Shown: positions 1 through 7,882 of the stretch, one piece after another
Layout of the letters: each line of letters starts with the position of its first letter
Position numbering within the stretch: position 1 is the first letter of the stretch
Assembly: GCF_003010495.1 (NCBI RefSeq)
Contig: NZ_CP027570.1
Location: forward strand, 1,620,001-1,652,000
DNA from: Megasphaera elsdenii DSM 20460
GTDB taxonomy: Bacteria; Bacillota; Negativicutes; Veillonellales; Megasphaeraceae
Length of the DNA stretch: 32,000 nt
Direction of reading: 5' to 3'
Notes under the pieces: model-generated
What the model was told of the DNA's origin: nothing
The model's database searches: none
Seen by the model: the letters and a program-made list of their open reading frames with translations, nothing else
Made by a program: the position numbers and the translations under genes

Positions 1-1
1 A

Positions 2-274
2 GTCGGCCAGCACGTCAAATTTGAATTTCGCGATGTCAACATCGTCATCGGCGCTTTCATCTGTTTCGTCATGCCGCTCCTGGTCTGCGCAGCCGGTGCC
101 TTTGCCGGCCACTTCCTGGCCCTGGCCCAGGGCTTCGATACGGTCCAGACTGCTGTTATCGGCGGCATCATCGGCTTTCTCATCGGCGCCGTCGGCGTCA
201 AACTCTTCGACCGCTCCCTGTCGAAAGATATAAATTCCAAGCCGAAGATCATCGAAATCTGTTCGGGGAATTAA
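2..274 (+). CDS. RseC/MucC-family small membrane protein, 5'-truncated by window edge
   Basis: The frame is open from the window edge (same frame as ORF 71..274). The tail ...GAFICFVMPLLVCAAG...VIGGIIGFLIGAVGVKLFDRSLSK is clearly paralogous to the complete ORF 18739..19173 (GAFVCFILPVVMLL...IVGGIAGLIVSALAVRKYDRSLSR). Confidence 0.6.
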   Translation, partial: VGQHVKFEFRDVNIVIGAFICFVMPLLVCAAGAFAGHFLALAQGFDTVQTAVIGGIIGFLIGAVGVKLFDRSLSKDINSKPKIIEICSGN

Positions 275-307
275 GAAGGACAGGCGCCTGACGGCGCCGT
301 CCGTGCG

Positions 308-352
308 GGGCTGCTGTATAAGGGAATCCTCCTTTATAGGCAGCTCTTTTTT
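308..352 (+). terminator. Rho-independent terminator after the RseC-like gene
   Basis: Imperfect stem gggctgctgtataagg / cctttataggcagctc followed by TTTTTT (347-352). A GGCGCC hairpin at 278-302 precedes it. Confidence 0.55.
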
Positions 353-374
353 ACTGGTCCTATGTCAAGATTTC

Positions 375-394
375 GGACAAATTAAATTGAGGTT
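375..394. repeat. IS3 terminal inverted repeat (orfB-side end)
   Basis: ggacaaattaaattgaggtt matches the reverse complement of 1638-1657 (ggacaagtcaaactgaggtt) at 17 of 20 positions. Confidence 0.6.
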
Positions 395-403
395 TTTCGT
401 TTC

Positions 404-1318
404 TTAGATTCCCAGACGCATATTATGTTTCTGGAAATCAGCATACAGCTTTTCATAGTCATCCGGTGACATGTAGTTGCAATGGCTATGAATGCGTACG
501 GTGTTGTAAAAGGTATTGATGTATTCAAACACCAACAAGTACGCTTGCTGATAATTTTGAATCTTGAAGCGATTGAGCCATTCCCGTTTAATCAGGGAGT
601 GGAAGGATTCGATGCAGGCATTGTCCCATGGATAGCCTTTCTTCGAATAGCTGCGGCGCATTTGGGATGTCTCCCGAATATATGCCTGCGAAACATACTG
701 GCAGCCACGGTCCGAATGGATAACCAACAGCTGTCCGGGTTTCCGGCATTGTTTGGCTTCCTGCAGCATCTTGACGATGCCGGCGACGTCCAGATTACGG
801 GCCAGATTCCAGGCGATGATTTTCCTGGAGAACAAATCCATAATGCTTTCCAAATAGACGAAACCTTCAGCTGTCCAGATATAGGTGATGTCGCTGCACC
901 ATACTTGATCCGGTTCTTCAGGATTGAAGCATTCCTGAAGGATATTCACCAGCGCCACGTCAAAGTCACTGTTACGGGTCGTTACGGTGTAATGCTTTAC
1001 CCAGCAGGCCTGAATGCCCATTTGCCGCATGTATACGCCAACTGTGCGTTCAGAGATACTGTCCCCGTTCTGCTGCATAACTTGGGCAATCTTCGGGGCT
1101 CCGTAAATCTGCTTGGAATCGTCGTAGATAGTTTGAATCTTTTTCTTCATCTCCTTGCGGTGCTGGGCCTGTTTCGATGGTTTGCGCGCCGCCCAGTCAT
1201 AATATCCTGAAGAAGAAACGTCGAGTTCAGAAAGCACTCCGGACACCGAAAAACGACGTTCTGCCTGATGGGCATTTTCGGCTTCTTCCTGGACACTGCG
1301 ATAGATGGCAATGGTCAT
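404..1318 (-). CDS. IS3-family transposase OrfB (DDE integrase core)
   Basis: 304-aa ORF with rve-type motifs WCSDITYI (D), HSDRGCQY (D) and DNACIESFHSLIKRE (E plus K/R). It overlaps the orfA stop by ATGA and lies in the -1 frame relative to orfA. Confidence 0.9.
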   Translation of the reverse strand: MTIAIYRSVQEEAENAHQAERRFSVSGVLSELDVSSSGYYDWAARKPSKQAQHRKEMKKKIQTIYDDSKQIYGAPKIAQVMQQNGDSISERTVGVYMRQMGIQACWVKHYTVTTRNSDFDVALVNILQECFNPEEPDQVWCSDITYIWTAEGFVYLESIMDLFSRKIIAWNLARNLDVAGIVKMLQEAKQCRKPGQLLVIHSDRGCQYVSQAYIRETSQMRRSYSKKGYPWDNACIESFHSLIKREWLNRFKIQNYQQAYLLVFEYINTFYNTVRIHSHCNYMSPDDYEKLYADFQKHNMRLGI

Positions 1319-1596
1319 TTGTCCAGAATGCTGATAGCTTTTTTTAGGACATTCAACGCATCCTTCGCATCCCGCAGTTCACGCTGCAGACGGGCGATTT
1401 CCTTAGCTTCATCCGAAGCATAGTTGCCGGAACCACGATAAGGCATTTCGCCATTGTCCTTCAGCTGCTTTTGCCAACGGGACAAGGTTTGTGGAGCAAT
1501 ACCTAGATTCGTAGCACAGCCAACCAAGCCGAGTTCCCGATGTTCATGATAATATTTAACTGCGTTGATTTTGAATTCTTTGTTGAATTTTGCCAT
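1315..1596 (-). CDS. IS3-family transposase OrfA (helix-turn-helix)
   Basis: 93-aa ORF MAKFNKEFKINAVKYY...LGIAPQTLSRWQKQ with a coiled-coil C-terminus (LQRELRDAKDALNVLKKA). The RBS ggaggcc lies upstream on the minus strand. Confidence 0.9.
   Translation of the reverse strand: MAKFNKEFKINAVKYYHEHRELGLVGCATNLGIAPQTLSRWQKQLKDNGEMPYRGSGNYASDEAKEIARLQRELRDAKDALNVLKKAISILDK
1339..1345 (-). promoter_or_regulatory. Programmed -1 ribosomal frameshift slippery site (A AAA AAA) for the OrfAB fusion
   Basis: A run of seven T on the plus strand gives CTA AAA AAA GCT in the orfA frame near its 3' end. orfB is open in the -1 frame across this site, the classic IS3 arrangement. Confidence 0.65.
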
Positions 1597-1637
1597 ACTG
1601 AGGCCTCCTTAGTTAATCCTATTGTACCACCATTAGG

Positions 1638-1657
1638 AACCTCAGTTTGACTTGTCC
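1638..1657. repeat. IS3 terminal inverted repeat (orfA-side end)
   Basis: aacctcagtttgacttgtcc is the inverted partner of 375-394. Confidence 0.6.
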
Positions 1658-1682
1658 TATTTATATGCTAACACCATACACG

Positions 1683-1934
1683 GTTTGCCGTGGTTCGTTT
1701 GCCGTAATGGAAAACGGGCTCGCTGGCGCATCGCCTTTACTAAAAGCAACCCCTCAGTCAGCTGTGCTGACAGCTCCCCTATTAGAGGAGCCTTGTTTAC
1801 TGAAAGCCTCCCCTAATAGGGGAGGTGCCGCGAAGCGGCGGAGGGGTTGCTTTTAATGGTAGCGATGCGCCAGCGAGCCCGTTTCGTAAACGAACCACGC
1901 CAAACGAACCACGGCGCCCGCTTATGGGCGCCCT
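1683..1934. repeat. MITE-like nested palindromic element (family copy R1)
   Basis: The left arm 1690-1755 and right arm 1841-1898 are near-perfect inverted copies (gtggttcgttt...gaaacgggctcgctggcgcatcgc...aaaagcaacccctc). The 85-bp core has three small hairpins: gtcagc/gctgac, cccctattagagg/cctcccctaatagggg and ccgc-gaa-gcgg. A GGCGCCC hairpin lies at 1913-1932. Confidence 0.75.
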
Positions 1935-2960
1935 TCACTGCCCGTCCGGCAGCGTATCGGCGAGGCTGAAGCTGGTGCCGTCGTTGAGGGTGATAGCCGT
2001 GATGTGGAGTTCACCAGTCATGCCGTCCAGGTTTTGCGAACGGATCAGGCTGTATTGCGAAGGAATGAGGGGATTGAGGAGAAACTGGCTTTCGTGGGTC
2101 CTCTTTTCAGCCGATGTCGACAGGCGCAGGGGCGACGTGTAGAGGACGGCTTTATCGCTGTCCCGGCGCAGGGTATAGACGGCTTTGATCGCAGCGATGT
2201 CGCTGCGGTCCTTGCGGAAGACCGGCGTATAGCTCAGGCGCAGGAAGGTACGGCCCTGGCCGCTGACAATCTTGGACGACACGTTGCGGACGGTCATGAT
2301 GGCGTCGATTTTTTTCTGGGTCGGTTCATTGTACTCGTCCAATTCCTGCTTCATGACCTCCCGCAAGTCGTTGAGGAAGGCTGCCGGGTCGGCCAGGCCT
2401 GTGATCATCCAGGTCTGGGACGGCGTCTGTTCCAGCGTGACCGTGCAGGGGACGGTGGCGCCCAGGCGGTCATTGTACAAGTAGAGCTTGACTGTCTTGC
2501 CCTGGCTCCAGTCGGCACTGTCGAGATGCCAGCCGGCCAGGGGGATGGAGAGGCCGGCGCTTTTCAAGGTGCGCTGCAGGTTATCACCTGTCTTTTTGTA
2601 TTCGTCGTTGTCCGTATTGCCCGTCAAAGTCCAATCCAGGTACAGGTCGGCTGTGGTGACGAAAGAAGACCGCAAAGGCGAGCGGACGAGGTTCAATAAA
2701 AAAGCTTCGTCCGTGCTGTCCGACGTATGGGATACGAGGGCATCGAAGAACTGGCCGCTCAGGGCTTCTTCGTCGACGTGCTGGCTGAAAGTTTCGATAT
2801 CGCCGCTGTGGGCGGCGCGGATGACCTGGGCGACGGCATAATCCGGCGTTTTCATATATATGTGGTGGTAGGCGGCGACTGCGGCGATGAGGCAGCCCAT
2901 GAGGACGACCAGGGCCAGGAAGACGCTGCCATCCCATAAGGTGAGTACTCGTTTTCTCAT
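1935..2960 (-). CDS. Membrane-anchored hypothetical protein (N-terminal TM helix, no recognised domain)
   Basis: 341-aa ORF with RBS ggaagga upstream and an N-terminal hydrophobic segment VFLALVVLMGCLIAAVAAY. Codon usage resembles neighbouring core genes. Confidence 0.7.
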   Translation of the reverse strand: MRKRVLTLWDGSVFLALVVLMGCLIAAVAAYHHIYMKTPDYAVAQVIRAAHSGDIETFSQHVDEEALSGQFFDALVSHTSDSTDEAFLLNLVRSPLRSSFVTTADLYLDWTLTGNTDNDEYKKTGDNLQRTLKSAGLSIPLAGWHLDSADWSQGKTVKLYLYNDRLGATVPCTVTLEQTPSQTWMITGLADPAAFLNDLREVMKQELDEYNEPTQKKIDAIMTVRNVSSKIVSGQGRTFLRLSYTPVFRKDRSDIAAIKAVYTLRRDSDKAVLYTSPLRLSTSAEKRTHESQFLLNPLIPSQYSLIRSQNLDGMTGELHITAITLNDGTSFSLADTLPDGQ

Positions 2961-3063
2961 AGATTATCCTTCCTTACTGAGCGAAATTCCGTTTTCCTCA
3001 TTATACCACAGTCTGTGCTGGGCGTTCAGCTTTTCCGCTCATCTGCCGCAGGTTACCAAAATA

Positions 3064-3072
3064 TGGTATAAT
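3064..3072 (+). promoter_or_regulatory. Extended -10 promoter element TGGTATAAT
   Basis: A TGnTATAAT match lies about 35 nt upstream of the kinase-fusion start. The identical 9-mer precedes ruvC at 21355-21363. Confidence 0.45.
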
Positions 3073-3101
3073 GAATATGTTATCAGCGAAAGAAAAGGAG
3101 C

Positions 3102-4763
3102 GTGATTCCTGTGGTTACGTTACACGATGTAAAATCAGGGGATTCCTATGAAGTCAAGGAAGGGGTGACGCTGCAGCAGGTCTGCGAACAGTATTGCCAG
3201 CACGGCGATATGCCCATTGCAGCCGCCTTGTACAATAATGAATGTGTCGGCCTCCAGACCAAGGTCGACCAGGGCGGCGATGTCGACTGGCTGCCCATCA
3301 ATACGATGGAAGGCAACCAGTGCATTATCCGCACGGCCATTTTCCTCTTGGTCCGCGCCGTGAGTGATCTCTATCCCGACGGCAAAGTCCTGGTCAAACA
3401 CGCCTTGCGCAAGGCCTTGTACTGCGAATTGGAAATCGGTCATACCGTCACCGTTCACGACGTAGAGATCATCAAGAAGCGCATGCACGAAATCGTCGAA
3501 CAGGATGAACCGATTTCCCAGGTCATCGCCAGCGCCGAAACGGCTATGGAAATGTGCCGCAACCGCCATATGACGCGGGAAGCGGAACTCCTGCGCCACG
3601 TCGACGTCACCCATATCATGGCCTATCAGTGCGGCCAGACCTTCGATTACTACATGGGGCCCCTCCTGCCCAGCATGGGCTATGTGACCTGCTTCAACCT
3701 GCGGTCCTATGCACCGGGCGTCATCTTGGAAACGCCGACGGTAGACAATCCGAACGAACTGCCGGAATACAAGGAAATCCCAAAAATGGCCCGGCTCTTC
3801 CTGGATGCCGAAGAATGGGGGCGCATCGTCCGCTGCGAATACGTCTACGACCTGAACCACTATATCGAGGAAGGCAACATCCAGGATATGGTCGACATGG
3901 CCGAAGCCCTGCAGGAAAAGAAACTGGGCCAGATTGCCGACTACATCGTCAGCCGCCGCCCGAAAATCAAAGTCGTCCTCATCGCCGGGCCGTCGTCAGC
4001 GGGCAAGACGACGTTCTGCAAGCGCCTGACGACGCAGCTCCGCGTCAATGGCCTGCGGCCCATCGGCATTTCCCTGGACGACTACTTCTATAACCGCGAA
4101 GATACGCCGAAGAACCCCGACGGCAGCTATGACTTCGAATCACTGCGGGCCATCGACGTGCCCCTCTTCAACCAGCAGATCGACGACCTCAACCAGGGCA
4201 AGGAAGTCCATCTGGCCCGCTTCGACTTCGTCACGGGCCATCGCCATTTCGACGAAAAGCCGGTCGTCCTGGAGAAAGGCCAGCCCATCGTCGTCGAAGG
4301 CCTCCACGCTTTGAACGATTCCCTGACCTACATGCTGCCGCGCTATGAAAAGGTCAAGATTTCTCTGGGCGTCCTGACGCAGATACGCATCAACGACCAC
4401 AACCGCATTTCCACGTCTGATACGCGCATCATCCGCCGCATGGTCCGGGACCAGCAGTTCCGCGACCGCGGGCCCATGGCGACCATGGATATCTGGGCCG
4501 ACGTCCGCCGCGGCGAAGAAAAGAACATCTATCCTTATCAGGAAGATGCCGATACGATTTTCAACACGGCCCTGCCTTATGAACTGGCCGTCCTCAAGCC
4601 TTATGCCGAACCGCTCCTGGAATCGATCGACAAGGACAGCGTCCATTACGCCGAAGCCCGTCGCCTCCTGCGATTCCTCAAGCCCTTCAAGAGCATCGAT
4701 TCGTCCGTCGTACCGCCCAATTCGCTGCTGCGCGAATTCATTGGGCCAGACCGGAAAAAATGA
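3102..4763 (+). CDS. Uridine kinase/PRK-family nucleoside kinase fused to an N-terminal ThrRS-like TGS/SAD region
   Basis: P-loop IAGPSSAGKTTF sits in the C-terminal half, and the N-terminus resembles a TGS domain (VTLHDVKSGDSYEVKEGVTLQQV). The true start is probably GTG 3111, which has better spacing to aaaggag at 3094-3100. Confidence 0.85.
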   Translation: MIPVVTLHDVKSGDSYEVKEGVTLQQVCEQYCQHGDMPIAAALYNNECVGLQTKVDQGGDVDWLPINTMEGNQCIIRTAIFLLVRAVSDLYPDGKVLVKHALRKALYCELEIGHTVTVHDVEIIKKRMHEIVEQDEPISQVIASAETAMEMCRNRHMTREAELLRHVDVTHIMAYQCGQTFDYYMGPLLPSMGYVTCFNLRSYAPGVILETPTVDNPNELPEYKEIPKMARLFLDAEEWGRIVRCEYVYDLNHYIEEGNIQDMVDMAEALQEKKLGQIADYIVSRRPKIKVVLIAGPSSAGKTTFCKRLTTQLRVNGLRPIGISLDDYFYNREDTPKNPDGSYDFESLRAIDVPLFNQQIDDLNQGKEVHLARFDFVTGHRHFDEKPVVLEKGQPIVVEGLHALNDSLTYMLPRYEKVKISLGVLTQIRINDHNRISTSDTRIIRRMVRDQQFRDRGPMATMDIWADVRRGEEKNIYPYQEDADTIFNTALPYELAVLKPYAEPLLESIDKDSVHYAEARRLLRFLKPFKSIDSSVVPPNSLLREFIGPDRKK

Positions 4764-4792
4764 TTGACAAAGCCTAATGAGATAGATATAAT
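4764..4792 (+). promoter_or_regulatory. Consensus sigma-70-type promoter for yceD-rpmF
   Basis: TTGACA (4764-4769), a 17-nt spacer, then TATAAT (4787-4792), 20 nt upstream of ATG 4813. Confidence 0.6.
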
Positions 4793-4812
4793 AGTATAGT
4801 CGAGGTAGAAAT

Positions 4813-5319
4813 ATGAAACTACAAGTCGAAGAAGCACTAAAAGAAGTTGGGAAGTCTTTCCCCTTTTCTTTTGAATGTCCGGCTGCCGAGCTAGGTGAAG
4901 TGGATGACCTTCCTTGGAAGGATGCCACAGTAGTTGTGGACGGGGCTTATTGGTTCGATGGCAACCACATGGTAGTACAGGGAACCATAAAGACCACCGG
5001 CATGTACACCTGCAGCCGCTGCCTGTCACCGGTATCGGTGGATCGGAATGAAACACTGTCTGAAGTCTATGGTACGGAAGCAGAGCTTCCCGAGGACGTA
5101 TTGCCCTATAATGGGGAATACATCGATTTGACGGAGACAATTAGAGAAACGTTGATCCTCAGCGAGCCCATGAGGGTTTTGTGCCGGCCAGACTGCAAAG
5201 GGCTTTGTCCGCAGTGCGGTGCAAACCTGAACGACGGACCCTGTAGTTGTCCTACCGACAAGATTGATCCGAGACTGGAAGTCTTGGCTCAATTATTACG
5301 ATCCAAAGAAGAGCGCTAG
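4813..5319 (+). CDS. yceD: YceD/DUF177 family protein (large-subunit rRNA accumulation protein)
   Basis: It sits immediately upstream of rpmF, the conserved pairing. Cys clusters CSRCL and CRPDCKGLCPQCGANLNDGPCSC are typical of DUF177. Confidence 0.85.
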   Translation: MKLQVEEALKEVGKSFPFSFECPAAELGEVDDLPWKDATVVVDGAYWFDGNHMVVQGTIKTTGMYTCSRCLSPVSVDRNETLSEVYGTEAELPEDVLPYNGEYIDLTETIRETLILSEPMRVLCRPDCKGLCPQCGANLNDGPCSCPTDKIDPRLEVLAQLLRSKEER

Positions 5320-5355
5320 AAATAACGTACCATGTGATTTAAGGAGGTGCAGAAC

Positions 5356-5541
5356 ATGGCAGTACCGAAGAACAGATTATCCCAGACTCGTCAGAAGATG
5401 CGTCGCGCAAACTGGAAATTGACCGCACCGGGTTATGTAGAATGCCCGCAGTGCCACGAAGCAATGATGCCTCATCATGTATGCCCGACTTGCGGCTACT
5501 ATAAAGGCAAACAGGTTGTCAACAACACAACAGCTGAATAA
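5356..5541 (+). CDS. rpmF: 50S ribosomal protein L32
   Basis: MAVPKNRLSQTRQKMRRANWKL plus a CxxC...CxxC zinc ribbon (CPQCHEAMMPHHVCPTCGYY). ATG 5356 is preferred over the track start 5347 because of RBS aaggagg at 5341-5347. Confidence 0.95.
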   Translation: MAVPKNRLSQTRQKMRRANWKLTAPGYVECPQCHEAMMPHHVCPTCGYYKGKQVVNNTTAE

Positions 5542-5552
5542 GAGCATGATAT

Positions 5553-5587
5553 AAAAAGGAGCTGTCCCTACGGGACAGCTCCTTTTT
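5553..5587 (+). terminator. Bidirectional rho-independent terminator (rpmF, possibly also the LysR gene on the minus strand)
   Basis: aaaaa-ggagctgtccc-tac-gggacagctcc-ttttt: an 11-bp perfect stem with an A-tract upstream and a T-tract downstream. Confidence 0.8.
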
Positions 5588-5649
5588 GTGGTTCGTTTGG
5601 CGTGATTCGTTGGTCGAAGGGAAGGGCACTTGACGGAGCCAACAGGTGC
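5588..5649. repeat. GT-rich repeat-family fragment (copy R2)
   Basis: The 17-mer gtggttcgtttggcgtg (5588-5604) is identical to the reverse complement of 1896-1912 in R1. Confidence 0.5.
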
Positions 5650-6543
5650 CTACTGCTCTTCGCCCACTCGCGCCCGCAGAGCCTCCAGAAAGGCTTCGCA
5701 CGAGCGGGAGAGGAGGCGGTATTTCTTCCAGGCGACGAGAGACGAGACTTCAAAGGGAGGGTCCAGAGGCAGGAAGACGAAGTCCGGACTTTGCTGGTGT
5801 TCCAATTTATCGAGGCAGAGAAGATTGGTGATTCCTTGCCGGACTAAGACATTGACGTTGCAGGAGAGGTCCATGGTGCCGACAATGGTTAGCTTTTCAG
5901 GCGTGACCTTGCCTTGTGACCAAGCAACCAAATCGAAAGAACGATTCGTGTGCCGTGACGAAACCATGAGTGGCATCTGTGTAATCATTTCCGGTGTCAC
6001 CTTGCCTGCATCTGCCCAGGGACCATGGGCACTGGTAACGACGCCTAACTTATTTTTTCCCGGCAGGCGCAGGTATTCATACTTTTCGGCGTGGAAAGGC
6101 TCTATGAAGAGCGCAAAATCAAGAAGCCCGTGTTCCAGTTTTTCCTGAATCGTATCGGCATTGCCCGTCCAGAGTTCGATGGTCAGGCGCGGATTGTCCC
6201 GGCGCAGCTCGGCGAAGGTCTCCGTCAGGTAATGAATCAGGTGCGTAATGCCGGCGCCGATGCGGATGTTGCCGGAAAGGTCCGTATTGTCGTCGCGGAT
6301 TTCTTCTTCCGTCTGGTCGACGAGGGAGAGGATTTCTTCGGCTCGCTGACGCAGGTGGACCCCTTCTTCGGTCAGGACCGTGCTGCGGTTCGTGCGAGTG
6401 AAGAGCTTTTTGCCTAATTCTGCTTCGAGATCGGCCATCTGCCGCGACAGCGTCGGCTGCGTGACGTGCAGGACGTTGGCAGCTTCGGTCATATTTTCTT
6501 CTCTGGCGACAGCCAAGAAGTAATGCAGCGTACGTAATTCCAT
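5650..6543 (-). CDS. LysR-family transcriptional regulator
   Basis: N-terminal wHTH MELRTLHYFLAVAREENMTEAANVLHVTQPTLSRQMADLE plus a LysR substrate-binding domain. It is divergent from the alcohol dehydrogenase gene. Confidence 0.9.
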   Translation of the reverse strand: MELRTLHYFLAVAREENMTEAANVLHVTQPTLSRQMADLEAELGKKLFTRTNRSTVLTEEGVHLRQRAEEILSLVDQTEEEIRDDNTDLSGNIRIGAGITHLIHYLTETFAELRRDNPRLTIELWTGNADTIQEKLEHGLLDFALFIEPFHAEKYEYLRLPGKNKLGVVTSAHGPWADAGKVTPEMITQMPLMVSSRHTNRSFDLVAWSQGKVTPEKLTIVGTMDLSCNVNVLVRQGITNLLCLDKLEHQQSPDFVFLPLDPPFEVSSLVAWKKYRLLSRSCEAFLEALRARVGEEQ

Positions 6544-6622
6544 AATGATTCCTCCTTTTTCCTTATTGTAAATCTCTTTCGTCGCATCTGCAATAAAAAA
6601 AATACATATCCAATACTAATTT

Positions 6623-6659
6623 ATAAGCATTTTACATTTCATACTTTTTTTGGTAAGAT
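6623..6659 (+). promoter_or_regulatory. Shared operator-like 19-mer plus extended -10 (site A), upstream of the alcohol dehydrogenase
   Basis: ATAAGCATTTTACATTTCA (6623-6641), 9 nt, then TGGTAAGAT (6651-6659). The same module occurs at 10278, 10929 and, degenerate, at 12809. Confidence 0.55.
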
Positions 6660-6712
6660 AAGAGCATGAAATGAATTGATTCTGGTATTTACAGAAAGGA
6701 TGAAGAAGACTC

Positions 6713-7882
6713 ATGTTAGGGAATTTCACATACTGCAATCCGACGAAACTCTATTTTGGCAAAGATGCACTGGAAAACCTCCACGGCGAACTGCAGAAAT
6801 ACGGTAAGAAAATCGTCCTGGTCTACGGCGGCGGCTCGATCAAGAAGAACGGGATTTATGATGACGTCGTCAAAATCCTGCAGGACGAAGGCAAGGACGT
6901 AGCGGAAATCGCCGGCGTCATGCCCAATCCGACAATCCATAAGCTGCGCGAAGGCATCGACATCGCAAGAAAGCACGGTGTGGACCTCATCCTCGCCGTC
7001 GGCGGCGGTTCCGTCATCGACTATGCCAAGGCCCTGGCCGTCTCCGTACATTGCGACGAAGATCCGTGGGATAAATATTTCATCCGCTTCGAAGAACCGA
7101 GCTGTGACATCGTCCCTGTCGGCGATGTCCTGACCATGGTCGGCACGGGCTCTGAAATGAACGCCGGTTCCGTCATTACCTATCCGGAAAAGAAACTGAA
7201 GATTGGCCATGTCTTTGCTGACGAAAGCGTCATGCCCCGTTTTTCCATCATGAATCCGGTCTACACCATGACCCTGCCGAAATATCAGATGATTGCTGGC
7301 ATCTATGACATCTTCAATCACATCTGCGAACAGTATTTTTCCGGTGAAGACGACAATACCAGCGACTATCTGGCCGAAGGCCTCATGCGCAATGTCATCG
7401 AAGCCAGCCGCAAAGCCGTCGTCGATCCGACGGATTACGAAGCACGCTCCAATCTGATGTGGGACGCCACCTGGGCTCTGAACACGCTCATCGCCAAGGG
7501 GAAATCGACGGACTGGATGGTCCACATGCTGGGCCAGGCCGTCGGTGCCTGCACGAATGCCACGCACGGCATGACGCTCTCTGCCGTGTCCCTGCCGTAT
7601 TACCGCTTCATCATGAAAGACGGTCTGCCGAAATTCGTCCGCTTCGCCAAAGCCGTATGGAATGTCGATGCCGACGGCATGAGCGATGAAGAAATCGCCG
7701 CAGCCGGCCTGGAACGCATGAAGACCTGGATGCAGGAACTCGGCCTCGTGCTCCACATCAAAGAACTCGGTGCGACAGAAGACATGCTCGATGACCTTGT
7801 AAACGGCACGCTGATCCTCGACGGCGGCTATCGAGTCCTGACCAAAGACGAAATCAGGGATATCTTCCGGCAGGCCATGTAA
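6713..7882 (+). CDS. Iron-containing (group III) alcohol dehydrogenase, BdhA/YqhD-like
   Basis: 389 aa. N-terminus NFTYCNPTKLYFGKDALENL, GGGS motif VLVYGGGSIKKNG / AVGGGSVIDYAK, and His-rich metal-site region (HMLGQAVGACTNATHG). Confidence 0.9.
   Translation: MLGNFTYCNPTKLYFGKDALENLHGELQKYGKKIVLVYGGGSIKKNGIYDDVVKILQDEGKDVAEIAGVMPNPTIHKLREGIDIARKHGVDLILAVGGGSVIDYAKALAVSVHCDEDPWDKYFIRFEEPSCDIVPVGDVLTMVGTGSEMNAGSVITYPEKKLKIGHVFADESVMPRFSIMNPVYTMTLPKYQMIAGIYDIFNHICEQYFSGEDDNTSDYLAEGLMRNVIEASRKAVVDPTDYEARSNLMWDATWALNTLIAKGKSTDWMVHMLGQAVGACTNATHGMTLSAVSLPYYRFIMKDGLPKFVRFAKAVWNVDADGMSDEEIAAAGLERMKTWMQELGLVLHIKELGATEDMLDDLVNGTLILDGGYRVLTKDEIRDIFRQAM

Larger units (their letters stand above)
373..1659 (-). 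mobile_element. IS3-family insertion sequence, apparently intact (about 1.29 kb)
   Basis: Overlapping orfA (HTH) and orfB (DDE integrase) on the minus strand with an A7 slippery run. Terminal inverted repeats lie at 375-394 and 1638-1657 (17/20 match). Ends are approximate and no clear target duplication was seen. Confidence 0.85.

Noticed and set aside
1683-1934. The long hairpin elements R1 and R3 considered as 6S RNA, retron msr/msd or another known structured RNA.
   Set aside because: The arms are near-perfect DNA-level inverted repeats rather than a bulged 6S-type helix. No reverse transcriptase gene is nearby, and I could not recognise any conserved Rfam-type motifs. They are treated as repeat elements pending a covariance-model scan.
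1647-2142. ORFs inside the palindromic repeats: 1647..1856, 1825..2142, 7922..8233, 7974..8174, 8171..8371.
   Set aside because: They mirror each other across inverted arms, lack RBSs and have implausible Arg/Pro/Ala-rich composition. They are better explained as non-coding repeat elements.
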